NCBI RefSeq assembly: GCF_036321535.1
Contig: NC_087436.1
Span: forward strand, 31,064,001 to 31,128,000
DNA: 64,000 bases
Direction of reading: 5' to 3'
Source of the DNA: Camelus dromedarius
Lineage: Eukaryota
In this document: one piece after another, positions 37,486-50,779 of the stretch
Layout of the letters: each line of letters opens with the position of its first letter
Numbering within the stretch: position 1 is the stretch's first letter
Notes under the pieces: generated by a model
Seen by the model: only the letters and a program-made list of their open reading frames with translations
Told to the model about the DNA's origin: nothing
Database searches by the model: none
Program-made: the position numbers and the translations under genes

Positions 37486-37559
37486 AAAAATATTGTTGAA
37501 CTCTTAATGATTATTTTATAAATTACAGCTTCAATGAGTTCAAAAAGAAGTAATTTTTT

Positions 37560-37730
37560 ACACTTGACCAGTGCTTTACAATAGGCAAAACTTTATCATT
37601 CCTCATTTGAGTCCTTTCAGATAGGAATAGCAAGTATTATTCTTACTTTTAAAATAGGAAATGAAAGGCCATAGAGGTTGTGGGAAACGTTTGAGGTCAC
37701 AAAGGAAATAAATTGTGAAGTGGTCAATAA
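37560..37730 (-). mobile_element. MIR SINE
   Basis: GTGCTTTACA...CCTCATTTGA...GCAAGTATTATTCTTACTTTT...GGAAATGAAAGGCCATAGAGGTT...AGGTCACA. Confidence 0.7.
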
Positions 37731-39902
37731 ATGCCTTTTCCTCTTTCCCCTCGGCCCCTTCCCCTGTCAAGTTACATTTCATCTACAAAGCAGTGTTTTT
37801 CTTTGTTTCTTTCTCCTTTTTTTCTGGAGATACATATATTGTTCTACAATTTTAATAAGAAGCACTGTAATTGTATTTTCCCCTCTTGCAGTCATCCAAA
37901 AGGAAAAGCAGCTTATGTTTATGTTTAATTGTGTGGGTAGTTTCATTATTAAAAAATTAGGTGCAGTGTGCTTGAAATCCTGACATTTTTTAAAAGCTAG
38001 GGTTTTTTGGTCTTTTTTTTTTTTTTTTTTTTGGAAGAGGGGTTTTTGGAGGTTGTATTTGGAAAGCTGACTCTGACATTTGAGCTATACAAAAAAAAAA
38101 TGTTGATAAATCTGTTACGTTTGTCACCTTACCAAAATCAAGAAAGGTAGGAAATGGAACAGCTGGCAGATATTTCTATTCTAAACTGTCAAACAGTGAG
38201 CATGAAGAGAAATCTGTTGATGTTGACGCTTTCGATCTAACCCTGCAGGCAGGGGTGGCTCTGGCAGAGAATCACTCCCGAGTGCCACTTTCAGCCAGAA
38301 GCTCTAGTAAGTGCCCACATCCAAAACGCTTGGAGGATTGTAAGGACTTTCTCTAGAAGAAGCTTATTTTTCCACAGGAAGTGCCTCCTTTGAATTAATG
38401 ATTAAAGTCCCTGTGGTATGCTACCAAAATTAACAAAAGAAGTATGTTCTCTATACAGAGTTAGCAATTCCAGAAATAAGACACAAAATGATTGGTCAAA
38501 AGTCGCCACCTCATGGTGCTCATATATCGCATTTTAAACTACATTTTACACAGCTTTCACAATATAACTTGAAAAGGGGCTATTCCTGGGTTAAAAAAAA
38601 TTAAGCCAATTAGTACCTGTTTTTGGAGTTGATGGGGATTATGAGCAAATACAGTTTCACTTAATATTTACCCCGAGAGCAGATACATGAAAAATATTTT
38701 ATCAAATATGATGGGTTGAATTTATTCTTATTTTTGTTCCTCCCAAAATAAGTTAACTATTCTGCTCAAATGACGTATGTTTTCTTCCTGGTGTATTCAC
38801 TTTTTAATTTTTATACTTAAATGTGCTTTCAAAATTTGTTCAAATGTCCTAAAGGAAGCCATTAACTTGATTAATTGATTATGGTCTTTTATATTTTGTA
38901 GGTTTTTGTTTTGCTCTTTCATGAACACTAGAAGCTATTTAACAAGTTAGGTTTCTCAATGTATTTTAGGATATCATTTCCTCCTTAGATAAATGTGCTG
39001 ATTTGCTTAGCACTGCTTCAGAAAGCACACAAAGCAATTTGAAAAACATGCAAATATTGTGTTGGGTTTTTTTTCACATTGGAGGAAAAAATAAAATGTG
39101 TCCTACTTGAGCATACTGCCCTTTTTATTTCTGAAGGAAAAAAATCCCAGATCCCTATGAAAATGCTTGATAAATAACTGAGTATAACTGAAATTTTCCA
39201 AAGGGGAAAAAAAAGGGTAAAGTTATTTCCAGTCAATCTTCAATGGAAACCACAAGAGAATTTTCTAATAAAACAAAAGTAGCAATCAGAATAGCTGACA
39301 ACTCTTTCTTTTAGTTACATTAAATATATTTAAATGACCATGGGCGGTTATAAACAATAGTAATTCCCCCAGGCATCTGTTTCATCCTCCTGTCGGTTCT
39401 TGCTTCCAAACAAATGGATGGATCAAATGTTATTGCCTAAGGAAATACATGACTAAAATAAGCACTTTTTATCTTTTAAACCCAAGTGTTCTCTTTTGAA
39501 TATCTTTTTCTTAACTTCTGTTGGTTTGTATAATTGTTACAGTTAAAATTCCCCCAGCCTCTAGCCCCTAATGATATGGCTACATACATCCATACTTTCA
39601 GACCTTTACCTCCTCAAATTTTATAACGAGATTTAATACCTTGAGCCCACAACTAAAAGTGGGGGAAATTTACTTTATTCTCCAGAATAGGTTTTTTCAT
39701 TTGATGTTAAACAAGAGCTTACCAAAGGGTATTTTGAAGCCCAATTTCTTTTTTCAAAAAATATAAAATAACAAACTTGATCTTCTTCACCAAAGTCTTG
39801 CAGTTTTGAATGTTTGTAAAGAATTAAGATCTAGGAAACACTGATCTCTAATGCCTACATATAAACCTTGATTTTGTTGTGTGTTTTTTCCCACAGTTAT
39901 GA

Positions 39903-40406
39903 TGTCAAAGCGAAAATTGCAACAGAAAAATTCAGACAGGCAAAGAACACTTTATTCAAGGTTACTGGAAGAGATGAAAGAAGCCAGATGTAAGTCTGAA
40001 CTCAACTGCACTGACACAAAGAGTAGTAGAGTTTTTAAAGGCTTCAGTGAGAGGGAGATCGTAGGCCACCTGTGTTTGTTCATTGGCTTTACCAGAGGAG
40101 AGAGGAAAATTGTCTTACCTTTTTGACAGGAGGTAGTTTTACGAATTTGTAGCAAGACACCCACCAAAGTTAGGCTCGAACGGAGACTCAGAGATGGGGG
40201 TTCTGTCTCCTCTGATGACATTTCAAAAAGATGCTTCCCAGATACTTGAGGAAGATATTCTTAGGTTGTAAAACTGGCAGAGAAAACACAATTACAAAGG
40301 TTTTTAAGTAAATGCTCTAAGAAAAAGGAGTTTAGGGGCCTACAGTCAGGAAGAAGCCTATTTATAGTTTAGTCAAGCTGAAGGACCATTAAGGTTATCT
40401 TGATCA
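39903..40406 (-). mobile_element. ERV1-class solo LTR (MER67/MER31 group-like)
   Basis: TG...CA termini with a 4-bp near-TSD ATGA/ATGG; minus strand begins TGATCAAGATAACCTTAATGGTCCTTCAGCTTGACTAAACT...GGCTTCTTCCTGACTGTAGGCCCC; polyA signal (TTTATT on +) near 39950. Confidence 0.8.
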
Positions 40407-40679
40407 ATGGTTATGGAAACATATACATAAAATGATAAAAATAATAGGACATAAAATGAAGCAAAATGGCTTTGAAATTCAACTGTCTTTATTTAGAAAC
40501 AAATGGTATCTTGCTGTTATCCAAGAGAATTGAAATACAGTGTACAGCACATCTTTCCTAGTGATGATCCTCAGCAAGGGTGAAAACAAAGAGTTTAACG
40601 ACAAACAGCAACAGCTTCTAAAAATAAAACTTATATTCAAAGAATCATAAAAGATACTTTAAAATGTCATTCGAAAGCC

Positions 40680-40910
40680 CAGCACCATGGTTATAATCAG
40701 AGCCCCTAGAACTAGACTGCCTGGGTTCAAATCTCAACACAGCTAATTATTTATGTGATCTTGGGCACTCTCTGGGTCTCAAATTCCTAAATAAAACTGA
40801 AGAAGAAGAATTCATCTCTGAATAGTTGGTAGGGCTGAGTTAAAAAAATATAAATCACACAGAACAGTGGCTGACACATAACAAGTGTATTATGTGAATG
40901 ACCTTTCATT
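40680..40910 (+). mobile_element. MIR SINE
   Basis: AGACTGCCTGGGTTCAAATCTCA...TGTGATCTTGGGCA...AGAACAGTGGCTGACACATAACAAGTG. Confidence 0.8.
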
Positions 40911-41379
40911 ATTTTAGTCAAAGAAGATTTGCAACTAGCACTGTATAGCAGGGCCCTTCTCATCTTTAGCCCCACAGAATTCTGAATCAGATTTTTCAGG
41001 ATGGTGATCAACATCTTCAACACCTTTCTCTTACTCTCACTAGGTGTCACTGTATTTATTCATACATCCCTAGGACAGAAGCCTTCAATGATTCAATAAT
41101 GGACAAATTCATAAATACCTCTGAACTGAGTTCAGCATACTGAATGATAAGACCATAACTGGTGGAATAATAAAAACAAGTCTCATATTGCTGACATGGG
41201 ATCTGGAGTAATAGTATTAGGTGAGCTTCTGAAAGTGTTGAGACATCAACAACTCACCATAGATTCACCATTATGAGATGTCCCAAGAATAATTCATGGA
41301 TTCCTACCAAAGAAATTCATAGTGCCTCCCACTTCTCCTTAATTATTTCCTAAGCTTCTGGCATGAATAAAACAAATAA

Positions 41380-41570
41380 TGTGGAGTAGAAAACACTATA
41401 ACTTTTTGAGTTCAGATCCCAGTTCTGTTGATAGCTATGTATGTAATCTTGAATAAGTTACATACTTTTTCTGAACATTAGTTTGATCATACCTGTTTTT
41501 AATTTTTAAGAACTTTGAGGTATTAATACATTTAAAAACATTGAGCATAATGATTTGTGTTAAATGAATG
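41380..41570 (+). mobile_element. MIR SINE
   Basis: GAGTTCAGATCCCAGTTCTG...TAATCTTGAATAAGTTAC...TTTGAGGTATTAA. Confidence 0.6.
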
Positions 41571-41634
41571 ATATTTCCTCTTCTGCTAAGTTCTCCCCTC
41601 CCCTTGCAGCTTTATGGAAACTCTTCAAAATCAG

Positions 41635-42720
41635 TTCATTCATTCATTCATTCATACATTCATGTGTATTGCCCCCTCTCTATGTAAAGTTCTGGGATGA
41701 TAAGGGGGAGCACAGCAGACAATGGGCACTCCATCACAGAAACTGTGTAGCCAAGTAAGGATGCACACAGGTGAATAGTGAATTAAAATTGAATATGATA
41801 AATGCCACAAAGAAGGAGGTAACAGTGTTTTATGGAGGAACCTATCACCTAAGCCAGACTTGGATAGTCAAGAGACTTGAAAGAGACAGTCCTAACTGAG
41901 GCAATCTTTTTAATGAAAATAATACTGTTGGAACATATGGTTAGGGAGGGAAGTGATGGGGATAAGCCTAAAGAAGTATGCATGGTCCAAGGGAGGAAGG
42001 GATATTTAAACTGTGTTAAAAGAGTTTGGATATTATCTTACAGGTAATAGGGAATGGCCAATGAATTCAAGCTGAGGAATGAAATGAGCATATTTACATT
42101 TTAGGAAGATAATTACAGCTATAATACAGAGAATGAGCTAAGAGGGAAGAGATGAGTTAGAATCATCAGTAGTAATTGAGGCTGGAGTTTAAGATTGTCT
42201 GAACTAGGACACTGGAAGTGAGCGTGTAGAGAAATAGATGAATTCAAGATGTGTAAGAGATGCAATCAAGATGAACAAAGATGGAGAACTAAGGATAACA
42301 TCTAAGTTGCTAGTCTGGGCAGCTGAGTGGGATTATGCTTTAAGAAGGGGAACAATGCAGAAAAAACTGAAGTTGGGAGAGGCAAATACAAAGATTTCAT
42401 CTTTTAACATACTACATTTTCGGTGTATGTGGTCACCTAGGTGATAATATCTGACAAAAATTTGAATACATAGTCCCAGAGTTCAAGGCCATAATATAGA
42501 TAAATCTTAGAATTAAGTGTTAGATGCAAGTACCTAAGATCAGACTACAGAATAAGAAGACATGGATAGTGGACAAAATGCTAAGGAGTTCCAATATTAA
42601 AGAGGTAAGTAAAGGGAAAAGAAGTCTTAAAGATGGTTGGGAAAGAGTGAGCCAAGTGGTAGGAGAAATGTTAAGCACTTGTGCTATCAGAGAACTTAAG
42701 GAAACAGCATTTCAAATAGA
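41635..42720 (-). mobile_element. L2 LINE
   Basis: (TTCA)n tail followed by antisense L2 body (GATAAATGC, AGAGTTTGGATATTATCT, CATTTTAGGAAGATAA, GATGAATTCAAGA). Confidence 0.8.
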
Positions 42721-42748
42721 CCTAAGAACACACACTTAGGTAACTCAA

Positions 42749-43115
42749 TTTTTAATTTTTCTGGCTGTATTGAATATAACTGACAATAGACAATACTGTG
42801 TAAGTTTAAGATTTACAATGTGCTAATTTGATATGGACATATTTTGCAACGATTACCACAATAAGGTATTAACACATCCATCACCTCACATAGGTACCAT
42901 TTTTTGTGTGTAGTGAGAGTTATATAATATCTATAACATTTTCTTATCCATTCATCCATCAACAAACACTTAGGTTGCTTCCATGCTTGGCTATTGTAAA
43001 CAATGCTGCAATGAACATGAGGGTACAGTTATCTCTTCAAGATGGTGATTTAATTTCCTTCAGATATATACTCAGAAGTGGATTTGCTGGATCATAGGGC
43101 AGTTCTATTTTAATT
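42749..43115 (-). mobile_element. L1MA9-like 3' end fused to the ORF2 end (internal deletion)
   Basis: TTAACACATCCATCACCTCACATAG (3'UTR) followed directly by TTATCCATTCATCCATC...TTAGGTTGCTTCCATGCTTGGCTATTGTAAACAATGCTGCAATGAACAT. Confidence 0.85.
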
Positions 43116-43119
43116 GATA

Positions 43120-43512
43120 TTGAATCAGGCTAAGCTCCTAGAGGTAAAACTCGCAAAAATGTGGAGCTTCTCTCTGACTAGGTCCCCTAGAGTTTTAACT
43201 CTCAGACTCGTCAACGCTGAGCCTTTAACCACTCATCAATTACAGTTTAGGTTTTCCTGACCCAACTCTGGTCCCCATGGAAGTTTCATGGGTTTCTGCT
43301 TCAGCAAGTTGTGCTTCTCTGTCTTTTCCTGTCTGTTTCTTCAATTTGGGGAACAGCAGTTTGCCTTGTTAACCTCACTTCTCTTTAAGAAGAGCGAAAA
43401 ACGTCTTAAAGACTTTTCTTTAAGGAAAGTGTTGATTTTTCAGTTTATTCAGCTCTTTACTTGTTAAGATGGAGTAGTGACTTCCACGCTTCTTACATGC
43501 TAAAAATCAAAA
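43120..43512 (-). mobile_element. L1MC/MD-type 5'-end fragment
   Basis: GTTGATTTTTCAGTTTATTCAGCT...GTGACTTCCACGCTTCTTACATG; similar to 54490-54965. Confidence 0.65.
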
Positions 43513-44204
43513 GGCAATTTTTAAAAGATGAAGACTCAAAGTTATAAAATGTAAATTTAAAACAAAAGACAAAACAATAAATAATAGAAAACAAAAACAG
43601 TAATAAGACTCCTACTACTAAAATGTGATTTCCCAGTTGTTTATGATGAGCAGCCTGTTCACATCCTAACTTTTCTCTGGAAAAACTATCAGCCCTTTAG
43701 TTTCTGTTTATATAGTGTTGTTAGAATTTGATCTAACACTGGGAGGATTCATTACAAGCATAGGTACATTTCTAATGTGTACCAATTCAAAACTATAAGC
43801 TAATGGAGTTAATCCATCATGCTCAGTGGAGATAAATTCCTAATCTGTTAAAAAACTTATGAAAATACAATCATTGTAAATACAGTAAATTCTCTGAGGA
43901 GACAATTTCTATAAGAGCTTGCATGATTATTTCAATTAGAAAATCCTTGTAGCTAAAATAGTTATGCACAGTCAGAACAACTGTGACCAAATCTACCACT
44001 TCTCCCTAAAGCCTTTGAAGATCTTTTCAGTCATTTAAAATAAAAGCCCCAATATATTCAGGATGGGAAGTAGGGGAGGAGAGAATAATATGTACACAGA
44101 AAACTTCCTCTGCAATAAGGATGATAAATTTTATAAATAAGACCATTTGCTACCTTAATAAATATGGGTAGACAGATGGGACATTTAAGAGATAGAAAAA
44201 AACA

Positions 44205-44500
44205 GGCAGACTGTTGTAAAGAAAACAGTACAGATTTTAGAGTCAAGTAGACCTCGTTTTGAATCTCAGTTCTGCCACTCATCAGCTACATGGCATTGGG
44301 CAAGTTTTTTAACCTTTCTAAGTCTCAGTTATTGCACTCATAAAATAGAGACCATAATATCCTCTGACAACATTCCAGAGATTAAGGCTAATATAAATGT
44401 ATGGATTAAAGACAATGCAAATATTTAAAGGTATTGAAAATGCTAATGTGAAGCAACTAACATGATGACTTACACTCAATAAAAAGGAGTTTCTAATTAT
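44205..44500 (+). mobile_element. MIR SINE
   Basis: TTTAGAGTCAAGTAGACCT...GAATCTCAGTTCTGCCACT...GGGCAAGTTTTTTAACCTTTCTAAGTCTCAGTT. Confidence 0.85.
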
Positions 44501-45169
44501 TATATATTATTTATAAATACTAGCATATTAATCATATTTGTATAAGTACATTGACATATTTAATAAATAAATATCGAGTGCCTTGCCTGTGTTTGGTGGT
44601 AGGGATGGGGTGAGCTGAGCAAGGCTGACAAGGTCCTACTCTAATAATTTAAATTCCAGTGTACTCCCACAAATCTGCATCTCACTTGCTACTCCCCAGT
44701 AACTAAACACTTTCTAAATCTACACATTAAGAAAAATTTATTGATTTACTATAAAGACCAACTTGGCATTTATCCAAGAAGCCCAAGAAATCAAAGCCCT
44801 CCATTGAAGTGTTTCTGGCCACATAGTGACAGACCAGATTTGCATTTTAGGAAGATTATTCTGGAGGTAGTATATAGGAGACCAGTCAAAAGACCTTTTC
44901 AATGGTTTGGCTGAGAGATGATATGACCACAGGAAAGAACAAAGTGTACTTATGTAAGAATGTGTCAGAAAGAGTCTGTAGGGCTGATTTCTCTTTTAGA
45001 TAATGGGTGACCAGTTTATTACCAACAAATATAGTGAATATAAAGGAAGGAACTGTTTGGAATGAAAATTAGAGGGAAAAAATGTTTGCTAGCTGAATTT
45101 GACTTGGTTTTCATTTAATTAAGCTGGACAACTTGCTGTTTTCATATTATGTGTAATGGGAAGTGAGGT

Positions 45170-45433
45170 TCTTCAAATTCCACTTCAGATGTTCTATCCT
45201 CCATGAAGCCAGCTCAATCCAAAGAGAGTTGAAGACTCCTCCCTCTTCTGAGTTTCTTGTATACTCCTTAATTACTGAGTATCTTTCTACATCATATTAT
45301 ATCATGTATTCACCTGTCTCTACTACCATGTGCTTCTTGAGATCAGGGCTAATGCTTCACCTACATGTGTTTATCCAGAAACAGCAAAATGCCAGGCACA
45401 TAGCAGGCAATCTCCAAATAATGCTGAATTGAA
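45170..45433 (+). mobile_element. L2 3' end
   Basis: TCCTCCATGAAGCC...CTTCTTGAGATCAGGG...ATGCCAGGCACATAGCAGGCAATCTCCAAATAATGCTGAATTGAAT. Confidence 0.75.
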
Positions 45434-45569
45434 TTTCTTAAGATAGCTTCTTATAGATCTATAGCATTACAAATATTATCCTTATAGAATCAAGCTTATC
45501 TGTATTCTCAAAATAAATATATAGGGAAGTGCCTGTGGAAATATCTCTTTAAAAAGATCTCTAAGAGTC

Positions 45570-45770
45570 AATAAACCTGTTTCTAGCCTGGATCCATTAA
45601 TTACTAGCTGTGTGACATTGAAAATAATTTTTTTAACTTTCTGAGTCATATTTACAATCTAAAAAATAGGTGTAATGATACCTGCTAGCTCCATCAAACA
45701 TGTTTGTGTGATTCAAATGAGACTACGTCCTTAAGAGCAGTCATCAAGACTATAAAAGGATAAAACAATG
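45570..45770 (+). mobile_element. MIR SINE
   Basis: TTACTAGCTGTGTGACATTG...TCTGAG...ATCTAAAAAATAGG...TGTGTGATTCAAATGAGA. Confidence 0.7.
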
Positions 45771-45889
45771 AATGTTTATATTATTTTAAGAATAGTTTCT
45801 AAAATAATGTTTGGTAAGCTTTTAATACTTTTTAAAAGATATGATATCTGAATATGTTATTGCATTTTAAATATATATTTTACAATTAA

Positions 45890-47490
45890 AATACAGAAAT
45901 AGAAAAAACAACAATAAAATTCACATGAAACCACATAAGGTCCTGAATAGCCAAAACAATCTTGAAAAAGAAGAGAAAAGCTGGAGACCTCACACTTCTT
46001 GATTTCAAAATAGTTTACAAAGCTACAGTAATCAAAACAGTATGGCATCATCATAAAAACAGACATATGAAACAGAATAGAAAGCTCAGAAATAAGCCCA
46101 CACATGTACAATAAACTGATCTTAAACAAGAGTGCCAAGGATACACAACAGGGAAATGACAGTCTTTTCAACAAATGATCTTGAGAAAAGTTGATATTTA
46201 CACGCAAAAATAATATAATTGGATGTTTATCATATATCATATACAAATTCAATACAACACAGATTTAATACTTAAATTTAAGATCTCAAACTATAGAACT
46301 CCTAGAAGTACACATGGGGGAACGTCTTCATGACATTGGTCTTAGCAATGATTTCATGAATATGACACCAAAAGCACAGGTAAAGAAAGCAAAAATAGAC
46401 AAGTAGAACTACATCAAAGTAAAATCCTTCTGTGAAGGCAAAGAAAATAAGAGAGTAAAAAAGGCAAGCTGTGGAATGATAGAAAAATAATTGCAAATCA
46501 TATATATAAAGGGATACTATTCAAAATATATGTAGAACCACTACTACTCACTACCAAAAAACAAACAAAACAAAACAAAAATAACCTGGTTAAGAAATGA
46601 GCTAAAGATTTGAACAGACGTGTCTCCAGTGAAGACATACAAATGGACAACCAGTATAAGAAAACACGCTCAATGTCACCAGTTATCAGAAAAATGCATA
46701 TCAGAACCACAATGAGATATTGTCACACAGGTGTTAGGATGGCTATTATCTAAAACGAAGAGAGAGAGACAGAACCAGTTTTAGGGAGGACGTAGAGAAA
46801 TTGGAATCCTTGTAACACTATTGCTGGGAATGTAAAATGGTGCAGCTACAATGTTAAACAGTGTGGAAGTTTCTCAAAAATTGAAAATAGAACTATCAAA
46901 CGATCCTACAATCCACAATCCCACTTCTGAGTATATATCCAAAATAACTGAAATCAGGATCTCAAAAAGATATCTGCACTCCGGTGTTCATTGCACACTA
47001 TTCACAATCACCAAGGTATGGAAACAATATAAGTGTCTACCTATAGATGAATGGATGAAGAAAATGTGCCATATATATAAAATATATATTATATATACAT
47101 AATGTGATATTATTCATCCTTTAAAAAGAAGGAAATTCTGAAATAAGCAACAACGTGAATGAACCTTGAAGTCATTATGCTAAGTGAAATAAGTCAGTCA
47201 CAGAAGGATAAATACTGTATAACTTCACTTATATGAATTATCTAAAAGAGTCAAACTTACAGAATCAGAGAGTAGAGTGGTAGATGCCTAGGGCTGGAGG
47301 AAGTGGAAAATGAGGAGCTGCTAGTCAAGCATATAAAGTCTCAATTATGCAAGATGAGTAAGTTCTAAAGATCTGTTGCACAGCATCATGCCTATAGTTA
47401 AAAATACTGTTTTGTATACCTAAAAGTGTCTTAGGAGGTTGAATCCCATTTTAGGTATTCTTATCACAATAATATAAAATTTTTAAAAAT
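45890..47490 (+). mobile_element. L1 (L1MA9-like), ORF2 3' part plus 3'UTR, about 1.6 kb, decayed
   Basis: GAATAGCCAAAACAATCTTGAAAAAGAAG...CAAAGCTACAGTAATCAAAACAGTATGG; ORF 46851-47102 KLKIELSNDPTI...LFTITKVWKQYKCLPIDEWMKKMCHIY matches the L1 ORF2p C-terminus; 3'UTR to TTCTTATCACAAT. Confidence 0.95.
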
Positions 47491-48010
47491 TGCTGCATTG
47501 ATTAAACTATGCCTCCAAAATTTTGGAATTTGACAGGTTCAGAGACCATGTGCTTGATTCATTCCCTTAAACTAACTCAGATAAAAATATTAACATGACA
47601 ACATTTCTATTAAAGAACATAATATCTTTCATTAAATATATTAATGGATATTTGCAGTTATTGCTTAAGGCAACTACAAATTGTTTTTTTTAACTATACA
47701 GTGTTCTTATTAAAAAGAAAAAAAGATGTAGAATAAGTGTATCATTCTGCCCATTTCCCATGGCACTTTATCTTTGTCATCCCAATATTTTTATGGTTCT
47801 TGTTGACCATTCCCTGTTGTTGACATATGATTTCTAGACAACTTTTAATGCTTCCAGTTAAGCAGGGTAGTAATGTAAGGAGAATGTGCTTTGGATCTTG
47901 CTCTGCCTATTATTAGCTATACAACCTTACACATATGGAATGATTTCAAGCACAAAATGTGGCACATAGACTCCTGCAATAGAAGTTGGCTAAGCACATG
48001 AATAAAGATC

Positions 48011-48062
48011 TCCCTCCTTCCCTCCCTCCCTCCCTTCCTTCCTACCTTTCTTCCTTCCTTCC
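48011..48062. repeat. (CCCT)n/(CCTT)n simple repeat
   Basis: TCCCTCCTTCCCTCCCTCCCTCCCTTCCTTCCTACCTTTCTTCCTTCCTTCC. Confidence 0.9.
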
Positions 48063-50779
48063 AGGAAGTTCTAGCCTTAAGCTGAATAAATAAAAATGAA
48101 CAATCTCTTTAAAAAAAAAAAAAGAAAAAAGAGGCTCAGCAATTCTAATCCTCATTGAAATAAGACCCCACACTGGATCTTTCTTATTACATTCTATACA
48201 AAACAATTTAATTTTATATTCAAAATATAAAAACTAAAGCTATTAGAAAATCTGATTAAAATAACGGTGTAGCATACTTGATTAAATTTGTTCATTACTT
48301 TTCTTTGCATTTTTTCTTGTTATGTATGAAGTGAAATAGTCACAAGGCCTGCACATAAAAGCTGCACTTAAAGGTCAAGATTTCCTAAAACACCTTCAGT
48401 AAACATTCTTAAGGTAGTGAATCATTCTTCCATTTTTTTGAGATTTAAAAGAACAGGTTTAGTGGAGAAATAACCATAGTGATGAATTCCCTTAAGAGAG
48501 ACAAAGTTGTTGGAATTTGTTATAAAATTTGATTGAAAATAAGCTTCAAGAGATTATTTTTAACCTATAAATGCATACTTTCTAATTCCACTTTCATATC
48601 TCTAAGAAAAAAGAAACCTGTTAGATCATTACTTTTACTTTTACAGTGTGCATAGGGTCCCCAAGTAATAATTTCTCAAAGTATTTTTGATGTGGAAGAT
48701 AAAATCTTGTCCTTGATATTAAAAAATATTATCAAGGCAGATAATGCTGCTCATCTAAATTGAAGGATTATCACTATTAAACTGAACATGTATATTTCTG
48801 TAGGAGATCTATAATCCCCAATTTTTGGAACAATGATTTTCATCTTTATTTGCCTGTCAAACATCTATGATTCAGATTAACTTGACAGTTTTATGAGACA
48901 TGATAATTCTGTCCAATTGAATGCAATAGAGCAGGGATTTTCTTTTCTTACAGAGAAGCCATAACAATATTACAAATATCACTGCAATATTCAGCTATCC
49001 CATTAAAGATATTTTGTTTCTAGATGACTAGATTAAAACATCCCCCTCTATGTATTTAAACATGGTAATAATCTCCAATAACCAAATAAATACTATCTTT
49101 AAATAACTCTTCCTGTCCTTAGTTTTCAGTTGGTGAGAGATGTAAACTACTCTTTTAGTGCACAATAGCACGTAGCTGTTAAAATCAAAGATCACATGGA
49201 AATGTAGGCTGACAAGTTATGACTTAATTGTGAAGTCACGTCAAACCACGAAGAAGCAAATTAGCCATCAAGGTATAAAAATTTTGTTATTCTGTGATTC
49301 TAAGTGACATCAACAGACTTTTCCAGGTGCTACTAATTTTCTTCCTTGTCACAAATTTTACTCACTTTAGGAGAAGAAAGAAATGCCTAAAAGAATGAAA
49401 ATTTTCTGTTAAAGATACACCACTGATTAAGGACAGATTGGCTTTATTCAGTGTTTTACCCTGAATAAGATGTGGCTTTCCAGGAAGCTTCAAAGATACT
49501 AACTAAAAGGCAGCCAGGGCAGAGCAGGTGAAGCCAGGTCTCTGGGTGGCTGAAGAGCTAAGTCCATTAGATGACTTCATATTGGATAAAGACAGGTAGT
49601 GACTGGTCCTACAATGGCTACTATTCATCTTGAAAACTGTGCATCTGCCAGAGGTATGCACACAAAAGGTGAATGAGTATTGAGAGTCTCACAGGGGGAG
49701 GCAGAACTCTTGAGTTTAAATGGTGCCTCTTAAAGGGCCACCACAGTTCTAATGGGAAAAAAGGCAGTGGGTGGGAGGGCAGACTTTCAAAGAACCCTGG
49801 GTACATGGCTTTGCTGTACTTCACTTTGCTTTCTTTCTCTCCAAGATACTAAGACAGAGGCAGAGAGTTTAGGATTGTTTAATAAAAATAAAAACCTATT
49901 AGATAGCATACTGAGGTGCCTCACTCAGCAAGTGGACTGTTTCTAGAAATTTAAGGTAACTTGGGGTTTTTTTTGGATTGTTTTTGTTTGGAAAAAGGGC
50001 ATGTTTTAAGTTTACTTATTGCTATTATTATTACTATCATTTGAGAGTCTATCATAATGTCTCCATGTTTTTAAACAATCCACAAGATATTTAGTAATGT
50101 GTTTAGGAATGACATGAAATGTTATGTAGCTATTAATTTCATAAAGGAAATTGGGAGATTTTTCGACCTATTTTGAAACAATAGATAAAACCAGAAATAA
50201 ATGATTCTAAGTGAATGGGAGTACAAGGAAAAACAATTATTTTATGAACATATTTGGCACAGGTCCATTAATCATTCTCATTATTAATTAACTAATTAAT
50301 TTCAAATGTTCTCCAATTAGGTAAAAAAAAAAGTTTATACAAGGCAACTGTATTATTTACGGAATAATGAATCTGGTGTTTTTGAATCTCATTCACTAAT
50401 CAGTGGTAAAGTAAATAAATTTGACATGGAAATGTTCTAATAAGGTGACTAACATTGATAATATATTGTCATTTTGGTCACATAAATATCTGACAAAATT
50501 TAGGTTTCAGGAAGTGATAAAGTAATAATTAGCTTTAGTTTTATACAATTCTAAACAGCAACAACAACAACAAAAGTCTTCCTTACAAATTTTTGTATCT
50601 CCCTTTAAAAAGAAAATAGAGTAAGCTTATATAGGTGAGAAGAAATTCCAATAATAATAGAAAGCAAGCAAAAATAAACAAATTCTCAAAAAATAAAACT
50701 GAATCAAGGTAATAAGTGAAAAATAAATCTCTCAAAGCAAAGCCACAATAAATGTTAATATTTGGTTAGCAAGAAAAAC

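Noticed and set aside
45857..46710. Three minus-strand ORFs (131, 64 and 70 aa) with hydrophobic content
   Set aside because: Antisense translations of the A-rich L1 ORF2 strand, a well-known artefact
46851..47102. 83-aa ORF with real protein similarity
   Set aside because: It is the decayed C-terminus of L1 ORF2p within a truncated L1MA9-like copy, not a host gene
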